Under the pieces are notes generated by a model. That model worked only from the letters and a program-made list of their open reading frames with translations, was not told the DNA's origin and made no database searches. A stretch of DNA of 64,000 nucleotides, taken from positions 4,774,001 through 4,838,000 of the forward strand of contig CM106586.1 in assembly GCA_048013815.1 (NCBI GenBank), written 5' to 3'. Every line of letters begins with the position of its first letter. Within the stretch, counting starts at the first letter, position 1. Positions 25,999-38,593 of the stretch are shown piece after piece. Source of the stretch: Setoptus koraiensis (lineage: Eukaryota; Animalia; Arthropoda). The translations under genes were made by a program, and so were the position numbers.

Positions 25999-28900
25999 GT
26001 AAGTAAAATAACAGTATGATAACAGTATAATAACGATATAATTATAGTATGATATGAATGTTGTGTCGGCTCACGACAGGCATCGGCTCACGCAAGCCGA
26101 TTGAGCGTGACAGTTTGTGTCAACTCGAGTTTGTCACCTGAGCACTCACCTGACGCCAGTCACAAACAATAACAATCAACAGCAACAACAACAACAGCAA
26201 CAACAACAACAACAACAAACATTCGCATCAACAACAACAGCAATCAGTAACAACGACCTAACACGACAACACTAACACAACATAACAACAGCAGCAGCAG
26301 CAACAACCGAAATAGCCAAATAATCATTGTAGTAAAACTTTTACAAGTGTCATGATGACACAAAGTTTGCATATTTATACATTGTTTGCGCTGTGCGTGA
26401 GTGGCACACGATTGCGCAACATTGTGCCAGATTATGAGCACATTATCCGCACATTAGGTTATGTAGGTGCGCAGCGATATTGGTACATGGTTGATATAAC
26501 GGTTATAACAGTTATATGCATATATAAATAGATAGATGTCGCTGGTGCGACAATTGTGAAAAAGTGAAGTTTTGCGCCACAAGTCACAATCAATTAGTTT
26601 GTGTGCTCGTGCAAGTTTCGTGCCGGCACACTGCAAACTGCTAATAATATTACATAACAGCACCAGCAACAACAACCGGCTCAATATCGGCATCGTGCGA
26701 CCCAATGTAGGCGTGTTGTCGCTGGTATCATTGTTGTTGTTGTTGTCGCTTGTGTGTGCTCATGTCAGCGACAACAACAATAATATCACTGCGATTATGT
26801 AATAATTGGATTAGACGTGCATTCAATTTATACTCTCTGGTCTTGACACTGTGCCCTTCTGTTCTGTGCCCTTCTGTTCTGTGCCCTTCTGTTGTGTGCC
26901 CTTCTGTTGTGTGCCGAGAAAGGTCAGCGGCCATCGCTGGAGTGCGTTTGTGCATGCTTGATTAGTGTTGGGCGGCGGCCGTAATTTGATAAGTCAAAAA
27001 CATATGCTAATTATTGGCACGGCCAACTGGTCACCAGTGAGCCATACGATGACACGAGCCATACGATGACACGAGCCATACGATGACATGAGCCATACGA
27101 TGAAATGAGCCATTTAACTGGCCGTCGATGGGCAGCTTAAAAACTGCTACTATCGCCGCTCCACTAATTAATATCACTGTTACACGTGTAGCCAATGGTG
27201 CGATACTGTCGCACCGATAGCCAAACAACAAAAGCGAGCTCGTTACCAACAAGATCGTTAGCGAGCTTGTTCCGCGTTGCACGTGGCGCCACCAGCTAAC
27301 AGGTTGGCTTGTTGCGGCGACAAGTGTTAGCAACCTGTGTGCATTTACGCTAATTTGCCTTATATTGCCGCACACACACACACACACATAGCGCATTACG
27401 TAACACGGTGTATATTACACAATGCACGTTGCGCCTAATATACACGTTACATAACATACACGTTACATAACATACTCGTTACATATGCACGTTATATATA
27501 ACGTGCACGTTATGCAATAGAGAGCACAACGAGTATTACGCCTGTAAAAACACGCCTGCCACGAGCTCTCTCTCTCTCTTGTCAATGAGCGTCACATCCA
27601 GCGACACGCACTGTCTATTTAGTGTCACGAGTCAGCTGACTGGCCGGCCGGTTGGCCTCGCATTGGCCTCGCATTGGCTAATCGCCCTTGGCCCAAATCC
27701 GGACTGGCCCAAATAAAGATTTGCTCGCAAATGCAATCGCATTGGCTGCTCGCTCGTCCGGCCCCCAGCTAACGAGCGGCCCGCGGCACAGCGACACCGC
27801 GCTGACAAGTTGGCCACTGTAATCCAATATGGCACACAGATAGACATGACATTTGTAACTGATACGTTCACACAGTCGCATGATCAGTCACCGATATCGC
27901 CCACTTTGCGCAGCGCTCATTTCGACACACTGTGCTGCCGATGTGATGTGATTGTGTGCTGTGCGAAATCACATCGGCGCCACCAGCGATATTGGCAAAA
28001 TCAATATCAACATCAGCATCAGATATTGCGTCAATCTCAAACTGTCGCCAAACATACACAGTGACATAGTGAGCCGCCATTATATCCGCTGGCCGGCTGG
28101 ACATTGGCCCCGTGCAACAATCGCTAGATAAACAATAACACGTGCAGCGTGCGAGCGTGCCTAATTTGCATAATGGACCCAGCTAACACACGCTGCACAT
28201 TTAGCTGCGTTGCCGCAAATGTCGGTGCATTAGCACCGCCGTCAGAGGGCCCGCCGACTGACCTCTCATTGGTTGCCGCTGACAACCAATGAGAGCCAAC
28301 AAAAACAATAACACACAAAAACAATTATTTTTTGCATTTTTGCCCGTGCATGCACGCCACGTCCGTCAACACGACCGAACCGGGCCGGTCGCACGGGCCG
28401 GCCGGCCGGGCGGTCGGGCCGTCGGCCAGCGGATATAAAGGCATGTACGGGCTGGCCAAGACCGACGCGGCAACGTGCGGTCATTCGCAATAAGACTTGT
28501 TTGTCACTTTTGTGTTTGTGTGATATATGGCAGCGTGTGTGTGTGTGTGTTTAATTTATTTGTTTTCTTCAGCTTAGCGTTGCCAATCATTTGATGTCAG
28601 CCGGTCACTCAGTCAGTCAGTGGGCCGGCCGTTGCCGTGGCTGTTGTGCCATTTTGGGGCCAGTGGGGCCGGCTGGGGCCCGCGCACTGGTTCGCTGGTG
28701 CGTGCATCTCGCCAATGCCAGTGGGCCAGTTGTCTGCTCGACTGCTCGGCTGGCCGCTGGCCGGATAAATGCGACGTGGTGGCCCCGTTTAGCTGACTGG
28801 CACGAGTGGCTTACGTGAGAATGCGCCGCAACGTCACACGTTACGTGCGCGGGCCCCGCGAGCTGGACAAGTCGTGATAAAAGTGCACGTTTGAAGCAAA

Positions 28901-29772
28901 TTTATGACAGTTGCTTGCTTCACCTGTCCTGTCATGTTTGTTTGCGTTAGTGCGAGTGTGCGTGTGTGTTGACTAACATATATCATTATTATGCCATTAC
29001 TGTTAATGGCGCCCATCCAAATAATTACATAATTTTTTGTTTGCTTGCCTCAGTTGTTGCCGGTTGTTGCCGGTTGTTGCCGGTTGGTTGCCGGTTGGTT
29101 GCTGGCAAGCCAGCAACAACAACAACTAAACGCAACGCCTTGCTGGCTGCAACAACTCATTTGCGCGTGTCAACATTGCGCCTGATTAACAATTCAATGC
29201 GGTCGATATGTCAATACGCTAATGGGTTTAACTGCTACTGGCTGGCCCCAATATGGCCCCCACACTCTGTGCCATACTGGCGATTGTCTTGATTTTATTG
29301 CGCTTTTTATATTACATTGCAAGCCCCCATTTGTTTGTCTGTTTGTCTGTTTGTTTGTTTGTTTGTCTGTTTGTCTGTTTGTTTGTTTGTTTGTTTGTTT
29401 GTTTGTTTGCTCGTTCGTTTGTTTGTCTGTCTGCAAGAATAATGTCACCTCGCTCACCTGTCTGCCGTTGGTCTGCCCACGGGACCCGTCCAAATACAAA
29501 ATGTAATACAACAAATCGCAAGCCGCACAAATGTTTTTTTCACAATAATCGGCTTATTGATTAGCCCTAAACTCATTTCTGCTCACTTGCTTATTATTCG
29601 CAATTCGCACTTTGTAGCAACATTGTAGCTGTTGCCAGATAAATACGGATAGCCGCTACCCACTGGGCGATACCCAATACCCAGCACTACCTAATACCTG
29701 CCTCATTGAGGGGCAAATCGCCTGACAGCATGACGCAAGCATGCGTGCAACTCACAAACAAACATTTAGTTG

Positions 29773-29844
29773 TTAATTATGCACATCAGTTATTATTAAT
29801 TATGCACATCAGTTATTATTAATTATGCATATCAGTTATTAATT
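29773..29844. repeat. 23-bp tandem repeat x3 (TTAATTATGCACATCAGTTATTA)
   Basis: Direct tandem copies inside the eag intron. Confidence 0.9.
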
Positions 29845-30139
29845 AGAACATTCAGTTAGCCATTCCTTTTCATTTGTTTCACCACTGCTCATTTCATCAA
29901 CTGCTCATTTATTTTGTTATCAATGTCGCCCCCCGTCAACAAACCCGAACCCGTCACCCTCCTGTCACCAATTGGATTGTCCATTGAACGCACAACCGCC
30001 CGCCCGACTTGCGCCTCGATCGCTGATGCCCGGCCAACGCTGATGCCCGGCCAACGCTGATGACCGGCCAACGATGATGACGATCACTGTTAATTAATTA
30101 TAACGTGTCACTGAACGTGTTGCAACGTGACTGTGTCAG

Positions 30140-30358
30140 ATCACAGTAAGTGCTCACTCAGTCTCATGTCGGGATTTAGTGATAGTGATCAAATGACTAA
30201 GAACAAATTCACAAGTTTGGCCGATCTCACAAAGCAACACCAACAAATGCAACAGCTACAACAACAACAGCACCACCAACAACAACATTTGAATATTAGC
30301 TCTACTAGTAACAATAGTCATAGCAGTAGTAGTAGTGGTAGTAGCGGAAGTAAAAACT
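30140..30358 (+). CDS. eag: Putative eag cassette exon A (73 codons, Q/H/S-rich), phase 1/1
   Basis: Acceptor gtgtcAG at 30138-39, donor GTGAGT at 30359, length 219 nt, open in the frame joining the flanking PAS exons. No homology support. Confidence 0.4.
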
Positions 30359-31235
30359 GTGAGTACGTGCAACTAAACTCAATCGCTCAAGCGCTCTCAA
30401 CAATCGAGCCATTCGAGCTGGCGTCATGTAACATCGTGTAATAATCGTGATGTAACAACCATGTAACAACAAATGGCTGTTGTTGAATTAGGACTCAAGT
30501 CAAGTTACGACTCGTTGTCAGTGTCGTAACGAGTTACGACACTGACCACGCGTCTCACACACGCTGCCAGTGATAGCCAGTGATTTATCTCGGGCTGACC
30601 CATAATTTGCGATTCAAACTTTGGCAACGATTGCAGAGTCGCCAATGCAAAAAGTCGACTCAATTTACGCGATTTGCAATTTAATTCTCAGTTGGTTGTC
30701 ACTTAGTTTTCGGTTCGGTACAAAGTTTGAGAAAGTTTTTAAAACTTTCACACATTTGCAACTTGCCATCCAGTCTCACTGTATCTCGGTACATGCATCT
30801 GGGTGTACACTAAATGTACATTAGGACATTTAGAGATATTCATTGAGATACATTGAGAGATGTGTTAGATAATTAGAGTGTGTTCTCGCTGGCGATGTCG
30901 TGGGTGTCAGAGTTGACAAAACAAGTCCATTCGAGATAATGACAGTGAGCGAGCCAAAACAATGAGAGTGCAGGAGAGTGAAACTGCCAAAACAACTCAA
31001 ACTGCCAAACAAACTGCGTACGACATAAATTTCAATTAGCATACACTATTACCACTAATGAGCGTATCAAACTATAATAATAATGATAATAATATCACTG
31101 ATAAGCCAGCGAAACTAATTCATTTCTAACACACATACACACCATTGTAAACAATGTCACGTGTTGTCGTTGATGCATTCACGGCGGCCGCGAACGAGAC
31201 GCGCCCTTGTTGTGGCACCACCACCACCAACAACG

Positions 31236-31287
<52 letters not shown>

Positions 31288-31302
31288 CTACAAATCAATT
31301 AG

Positions 31303-32055
31303 TGTACGATCAAGACAACAACGGTCATCAACAACAACAGCTCATTGGCAACAGCAACAGCAGCGGCAGCTTCCGGTTGAAATCACTCGCCAATGAATCG
31401 TCGTTCAAGTCTTTTTCGTGCAACGCCAAATCGAAGCAGCAACAAAAATTGATCGCTCTGGATGGTTATTGCGGCAAGACAGCGGCCAAGTGGCCACTAG
31501 AGGGGGCGCTCAATGGGCCAACTAGGAATAAATCAGACACAAATAATGGTGAAAATAAAAAATCCTCGCCCGTGGCAATAAACAATGATACCGTTGTTTC
31601 GACAAACTTGACAAGCTTGACAAACTTGGCCAATGCAGTGATGGGCCAATGTGATCAGGGTGAAATGAAGGCACAAGCGCAACATGAAACAGTATCAACA
31701 GCAACAAAAATGCTGCTGTTTGCGTCGTCGGCTCAGTCGCATCAACGGCCGGCCAACAAACTGTTGGATTCGTATCTCTCTACAGGCGACAATGCAAACA
31801 CGACACTGCAAACCAGCGTCCACCAGCAAACAACAAACAATTTGCTCAACAAATTAGTGCCACCACCAGCAACAACACCACCAACAACAGCAGCAACACC
31901 GACAACAACAGCGACACCAACAACAGCGACACCAACAACAGCGACAGCGACAACGACAACAACGACAACGACACCAACAAAAAATCACGAACAATCACAG
32001 CTGTTCAGGTGTCACAATTTATTGTCGATGAAGGCACATTCAAGTTTTGAAACCA
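31303..32055 (+). CDS. eag: Putative eag cassette exon B (251 codons, N/T/Q/S-rich), phase 1/1
   Basis: Core of the 308-aa ORF 31161-32087. Acceptor caattAG at 31301-02, donor GTAAGA at 32056, length 753 nt; the ORF stops 10 codons after the donor. Confidence 0.55.
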
Positions 32056-32600
32056 GTAAGACACCACAAACCACAACCAATCTCTAGTATGCAAACAGCT
32101 ATTGGTAACCTCAGCTGTAATGAGCCTGCTCGCTATGATAATATCATGTAGCTATACTAGCCATAATAATAACAGCCACTGCTTATTATAAATTTATAGC
32201 GCGACTTGCCGAGCTTGCCGACTTGTGAGCTTGCCGACTTGTGAGCTTGCTAGCATGGCCCTTCAGCGCTTGTCAAGGCGACGTTTATGCCGGCCCCAAT
32301 TAGAGCAACCAGTGTCATGTTAGCGGTTAGTGCCAAGCGATAGATGTCAACAGCAACAATAGATCAACCACGGACAATGATCAAGCAACAATGATCATCA
32401 ATCAATCAATCAAGACAGTGATAACAAAGCTAAACACGTGGTGCCAAACATTGTGGCCTCACTTTTGCGCCTTGCCAAGCACACACAAATCGGCTTAGAT
32501 GTGAATAGATTGCGTTAATTAGCCCCACAAAAAGACAGCAAAAAGACGACAAGACCTAGATTTTACACTGCGCTGCTGCTGCTTGTCGTTGGCTGTCCTT

Positions 32601-32724
32601 GTCGATACAAACTTTGTCGATACAAACTTTGTCGATACAAACTTTGTCGATACAAACTTTGTCGATACAAACTTTGTCGATACAAACTTTGTCGATACAA
32701 ACTTTGTCGATACAAACTTTGTCG
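32601..32724. repeat. 15-bp tandem repeat x8 (GTCGATACAAACTTT), perfect
   Basis: Eight identical units with no spacers. Confidence 0.97.
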
Positions 32725-33872
32725 CCCCAAGGACGGGCCCCACAAAACACGAGCATTGTGCTGCCAATTAGACTACTCATAATAGATTCATAATAATCAA
32801 TCAATAGATACTCATGTTGAGCATGCATGATGCCCGTTCGCTTGCCATTGTCGCCGTGACCCACTTTGCACCCAACACGCGCCGGCCCCATTTGCACGTG
32901 CTGGCGCGCGTTAAAAATAGCACCCGAAACTGGCACAACACAATAGCACCTGTTCTATTTTTGATGTTCAACAGAGGCGACTGTAATAATTTCAACAATT
33001 GTGCCATACGTGCTAATTACGTGCACGCGACGCTTTTTGTAACGTATTGTTTGTGATTATTATTTATTACTGGCGATTATTTATTATTTGCGAGCGCTTG
33101 TTTGTCAACGGGGGCCCCACCTCTCGTTTACTATTGTTAGGCTCACAACTGAGACAGGGCACAGACTGACTGTATGACCGAATACTGCTATGGCACACAG
33201 TTTGGCCAGGCAAGAGTTTAATGAATGACCTACAACAACAAATCTCTTCGGCTGTCACTTGTGACTCGCAGCTTGTTGTGAGCCGAACTGACCTCTCTGG
33301 TTCAATCAGTGAACTAGTGTTTATCGGGTTACTGTTTGTCGCAGGCCCGTCTGCGTTGGCCGCTACCTGAAGCGCCCCCAAGCGCCACTGACACATTATA
33401 ACAGTGTCACTGCTAGTTGGCAGTTGTGCCGCTGCAGGCTGCCTCGTGCTACTTTTCACTTTGCCTTGTGCTATTTTGGCTTGCCGCGTTGCCTGCAAAC
33501 AGACAAAATACGGATAAAATGCGGATAAAATGCGGATAAAATGCGGATGAAATGCGGATAACTACGTATGAAACGCGGATAAAATAAAATGTCTGCGGTG
33601 CTATGGTGCCACGCAGTGCACATAGCAAAGATCATTGCAGCACTAGCGGCAGATTACATGCTAGACGAAGGTGGAAAATAGAGCAAAGGCACTAATTACA
33701 TAATAGCGACAACAAAAAAGAAAACTTGATTTGTGGCACCGTTTCGGCCTGTCCGTTTTGTTTTTGTTTCCGTCTGGCCGCCCGGTGTGTGCCTAGCTCC
33801 GTTCGCGACTCCTCCTGGCGGCCACTGCTTCGTGTCGAGGTTGCACCACAATCACTTGATCATTATTACTAG

Positions 33873-33952
33873 CGTTGCGCAACCATTTTGAGCTGCTGCA
33901 TCCGCTGTTTGTCCGCTCGAACGGTGCACCAGCTCAAAATGGTTGTGTAATG
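33873..33952 (+). ncRNA. Candidate pre-miRNA-like hairpin in eag intron
   Basis: Perfect 16-bp inverted repeat (33880-95 / 33930-45), extending to about 30 bp with G:U pairs and one mismatch. No known miRNA recognised. Confidence 0.3.
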
Positions 33953-35781
33953 AGCTTGTTTATACCCCCCTCTTATAATGAGCCTAATTATTAGTTAGCT
34001 GTTTGTTGCCCATACCATCGATCTACGTCCACAAGCCGCACAAGTCCCGTTATAAGTTATGAGTCTATCTATGGCTAGTTGTCAGCTGGCTAGTTGCAGT
34101 TTCGGCCAGTGCCCGTTTGGTGATTTAAATTTTTGCCCCGCTGTTGCTACTGTCATTATCAGCTGACCGGCATCAGCTGATAGTAACAGTAACCAGCAAC
34201 TAGCCCTAACTTTTATTATTATTATTGTTTTGTGTTTCATCTATCTATTAGTATTATCTTGATAAGAAAATTAGTTAGAAAACAACTCGCCAGCAGCTAC
34301 TATAAATTGATATCTAATAATTAGCCAGTAATTGTAGTTGCGCAACCGTGGATGTTTTGTTGAGCTTGTCACAGACAAATCGATTGATAACTGAGCAAAC
34401 TTTACTGGACGTTGAACAAAACACAGTTTGATTATATGTTTGAGTTAAGTTATTTCAACGCCAACCATCGCCACCCAATTAATGATACTGTTGCTCGTGT
34501 TGCATCGCTATTGTTTGCTACGTGTTTCATCACAACAATGTGACCTCTCTCATCCGGCAATAACCAATGAAATAAGATCAAGACACACAAATAACAATCG
34601 AGGCGTCTTGATTGTTTGTTTGTTGTTGTCGCAATCGGTTTGTTTGGGTCTGTCAGCCCATCTCAATCCGATGAATCTTCTGAATGATTGCCACTAATGA
34701 CAGTGTGACGCCTCGCAAAAATTGTATTGTCACGCCAATCATCCAATCAAACTGCCTCTCAAACAATTGCTGCCAATTAGGCCAATTAAATTGCCATCAA
34801 TCAAATCTCCGGGCAGCATGCAATTTGCTGCACCTTGCCAATTGTTACCCAGCTAACGGGTCTCGTCTTGATTCACTGCTAACCTGACCTCATTATAATT
34901 ATTGATTGATCAATCGGTGCAGTTATTAATTATACAGCCAGCATTCCATTATAGGCTAGATAGAGTAGAGCTTTGCCTCCCGAATTCGTCCAAATCTCAA
35001 ATCTCTCTCCTTACCTATGCTGCTGGTCGCTAGATACCCAACTAGATACCCGGCTAGATACCCGGCTAGATACCTGGCTAGATAGTCGGCTAGATGCTGG
35101 TCGTAAGAGGATGCAAAAAATCTCAACTGCAAAGATTTGTCCATTTGTCTGGCCACAGTATTTGATTTGCACTGATGCAGAGCAAAAAACAGCTAAATGG
35201 CCCATGCTGTGGAATTGACAAAAATACAAAAAACAATTTTAACAACAAATTTTTCTTTTGAAAACTCCACGTCAGGCGCAACACGCCAACTATTGTATTG
35301 TACAAGTGACTTGTTAATTTAGTTGCTGACTGAGCCAATCAACGAATAAATTAGGCCAATCAAGGCGCCACAAAAATAGACGACGATTAAATTAAAGCTT
35401 CATAAATTTGTGTAGATAAAATGAATTGCGAATTGCGCTTAGGCAGGCTGCTTGCAATCAATTGAATGCCAATGACACTAGCTGCTCCATTTATGTAATA
35501 TCTCATTGTAATCACTAAACTCTTACGTCTCATTTTATCCTCTCATCCAAATCGATGCTGTTTGCCTATTTGATTATTGATATCGATTGATGTCAATGTC
35601 GCTGGGCGCCCTATCAATCAATCGCGCGCGCACTTGCAACCGGATATTGGAAAAAAATTATGCAAACGACGCCACAAACGCATCTCACGCCGACCTCACC
35701 GTTTTTGATGGAAACAACCCGCGAAAACCCATGCGAAAATCCATGAAAACAAAAAACTCAATCAAAAAATATTTAAATCAG

Positions 35782-36041
35782 GCGTGCCAATATGGCTCCA
35801 GTTGCACATAGCGCCAATTAAGAATGAAAAGAATATAGTAGTATTATTTTTGCTAACATTTCGTGATATAACCGCCCTTAAAAATCCAATTGAAGACGAT
35901 TCAAATAGAAATTTAAGTAAATTTGCCAGATTAGCCAGGAGTGTCACAAGGTCTCGCTCTACGTTAGCATCACAAATATCGTCCAATTTACCAATAATAA
36001 AATCTCCCGAAATCAATGTCAGGACATCGCATTTTGGTCAT
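35782..36041 (+). CDS. eag: Eag exon: PAS C-terminal strands (PAC) and linker
   Basis: VPIWLQLHIAPIKNEKNIVVLFLLTFRDITALK...LSKFARLARSVTRSR; acceptor aaatcAG, donor GTAAGT at 36042. Confidence 0.95.
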
Positions 36042-36190
36042 GTAAGTCGCCACTCATCGCATGTCTATGCCAGCAGGCCGGGTGATATGATATTTTTGGC
36101 ATAGATGATGATTTCTGGACAATATTCACTATTATCGGCACTGACTAATTTTATTCTTGTCCATTTCACACTATTATCTGAATTTTTCCG

Positions 36191-36260
36191 AATCTTTGCG
36201 AATCTTTGCGAATCTTTGCGAATCTTTGCGAATCTTTGCGAATCTTTGCGAATCTTTGCG
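36191..36260. repeat. 10-bp-unit minisatellite (AATCTTTGCG)x7 in eag intron
   Basis: Seven identical units. Confidence 0.97.
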
Positions 36261-36305
36261 AAATTCGCCAAATGTTGCTAAATTCTGCCGAATGCCAAAT
36301 CGCAG

Positions 36306-36514
36306 CTCATGACCCTAAATGCCGAGGTATTGCCCCAGTACCGACAGGAGGCACCCAAAACTCCGCCCCACATTCTATTGCATTATTGTCTATTTAAGAC
36401 CGTTTGGGATTGGGTAATATTAGCTCTAACCTTCTACACAGCTATTATGGTGCCATTCAATGTTGCCTTCAAAAACAAAACCGCCGAAGACGTTAGCTTG
36501 CTCATTCTCGACAG
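36306..36514 (+). CDS. eag: Eag exon: pre-S1 and S1
   Basis: [48 protein letters not shown]; cgcAG acceptor, GTGAGT donor at 36515. Confidence 0.97.
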
Positions 36515-37097
36515 GTGAGTCTACTTATTGGTATACGCTCACATCGGATGCCGATGTATCTCTCATATATGCATGCGATACAAGCATAATCTGCCCATCT
36601 GATTGCATGATTTGATTTGGGCAAGTCGAGCCACTGAAGTGTCATGACTTGACGGGCGCGACTACGCGTGAATATCCGGCGCGTATGTTTGTTTTGGCCT
36701 CATTGCAGCGAAACTAATCGATTACTATCCATATCTATCCATTGATCTATTCATGCTTGCACACTGCACATCGCATTGTTGCGCAACACACACACACACA
36801 CACACACACACATGTCCACAACAATCTTTTGCCAACGACAACACCGACAACAACGACAACAACGACAACAACGACAATAACGACAACAACGACAACTCGC
36901 CGCCGAAATTGAATTGACCGAATTGAATTAAATTGAACGGATCGGATCGTGTCGCATCGGATTGGCTTGGGTCGGATGCGATGAACGTGCCGCGAAACGC
37001 ATCGGCCCATTCAATGGAAATGGAAATTGAAATGAATTTGCGCAACGCAACAAAACGCAACCAATCGCAATGGATGCGCGGCGTGCAAATAAAATAG

Positions 37098-37284
37098 TAT
37101 TGTCGATGTTATATTTGCCATCGATATCTTGCTCAACTTTCACACAACATTCGTGGGACCCGGTGGAGAGGTTGTGTCCGATCCAAAATCTATCAGGATG
37201 AATTACCTAAAGACCTGGTTCCTCATAGATCTGTTATCCTGTTTGCCTTACGATGTTTTCAATGCGTTTGGAGCCGCCGAAGAA
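37098..37284 (+). CDS. eag: Eag exon: S2-S3
   Basis: [54 protein letters not shown]; aatAG acceptor, GTAAGT donor at 37285. Confidence 0.97.
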
Positions 37285-37764
37285 GTAAGTGAGCGCCAAT
37301 ATCTAGCCAGCACAGATTGTTGTTGCTCAGTGGGCCATCGGTGGCTGTCACTGACGTCAACCTATCCCTATTTGAGGTCTATTTGAGGGGTCCGCTCGAG
37401 CCAGTCGGTTATCGCTTGATCGGCGCTCGCTGGCCGGTCCGGGCCGGCTCGTTATCGCGCAACGTGAATCTTGATTTTAATCAACTTTTTCCTCATTTCG
37501 TTTCGTCTTTGTACCACCGGTTCATAACTCGCCGCTGTCGTTTCGCTGGCTCGTTTGCTGGCTCGTTTGCTGGCTCGTTTTCTGGCTCGTCTGCTGGCTC
37601 GTCTGCTGGCTCGCGTTTGCTGGCGAATCTCTGGAATACAATACAAATTTTTGGCAAATTTGTGATTCGTCAAATTGCTAAATTGTCGAATTGTTGAATT
37701 GTTACATTTAACAATTTATTTTGGATTTAAAAACTGTAACCGTTCGACTGGCGCCGCAACGCAG

Positions 37765-38004
37765 CAACAAGGAATCGGCTCGCTTTTCAGCGCCCTCAAA
37801 GTAATTCGTCTGCTGCGATTGGGCAGAATCGTCAGAAAATTAGACAGGTACCTAGAGTATGGGGCGGCCATGTTGCTGCTGCTATTGTGCTTTTACATGC
37901 TGGTGGCGCATTGGATGGCCTGCATATGGTACCATATAGGGCGCACCGATGGCGAGTACGGCATGCGACACAGTTGGGTGTGGAAAGTGGGCAACGTCAC
38001 GGGC
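37765..38004 (+). CDS. eag: Eag exon: S4 voltage sensor and S5
   Basis: [35 protein letters not shown]...AHWMACIWY; cgcAG acceptor, GTAAGT donor at 38005. Confidence 0.97.
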
Positions 38005-38177
38005 GTAAGTAACTTTTATTATAAGTAAATTATTAAATTAATTAGCGATCAACTTTAATTAGGGCGCGCTCATTACGACGACTAACTGCTGTGTTCACTT
38101 GTGTGCCCATTTCATCCATTCTGCTGGCTGTTTTATCCGTTCTGCTGCGCATTTTATCCACGCTGCGCCGCATGCAG

Positions 38178-38367
38178 AATCCCTTTGAGCCCATCAACAA
38201 AAACATGACTTTCCCGAGAGAACTGATCGGCGGTCCAGTGAGATTCACCATGTATGTTACGTCATTGTATTTCACCATGACTTGCATGACCAGCGTGGGC
38301 TTCGGCAACGTGTCGCCCGAGACGGATAATGAGAAAATATTCACGATAATCATGATGGTCATTGGGG
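38178..38367 (+). CDS. eag: Eag exon: pore helix, GFG selectivity filter, S6
   Basis: [39 protein letters not shown]; tgcAG acceptor, GTAAGT donor at 38368. Confidence 0.97.
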
Positions 38368-38593
38368 GTAAGTGGCGCCGCGAGTGCATTTTATACTATC
38401 ACTATATTACTACTATATTATCACTGGTATCATTACTGTGAATTTGTGAATTCGTGAATTTGCATTCACAAGTTCCAGTTCGCGTTTCCACGACACCTCA
38501 ACTAATTCCAAACGTTTTATCCGGCATCCGACATCCCATATCCGTCGTCCGTCGTCCGTTGTCCCTTACGCGACGTATCGCGCCCCCGAACAG

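Noticed and set aside
32583-32793. 15-bp repeat array as a CRISPR array or repeat-protein gene
   Set aside because: Units are contiguous with no spacers, the context is eukaryotic, and ORFs appear in several frames only because the unit lacks stops in them.
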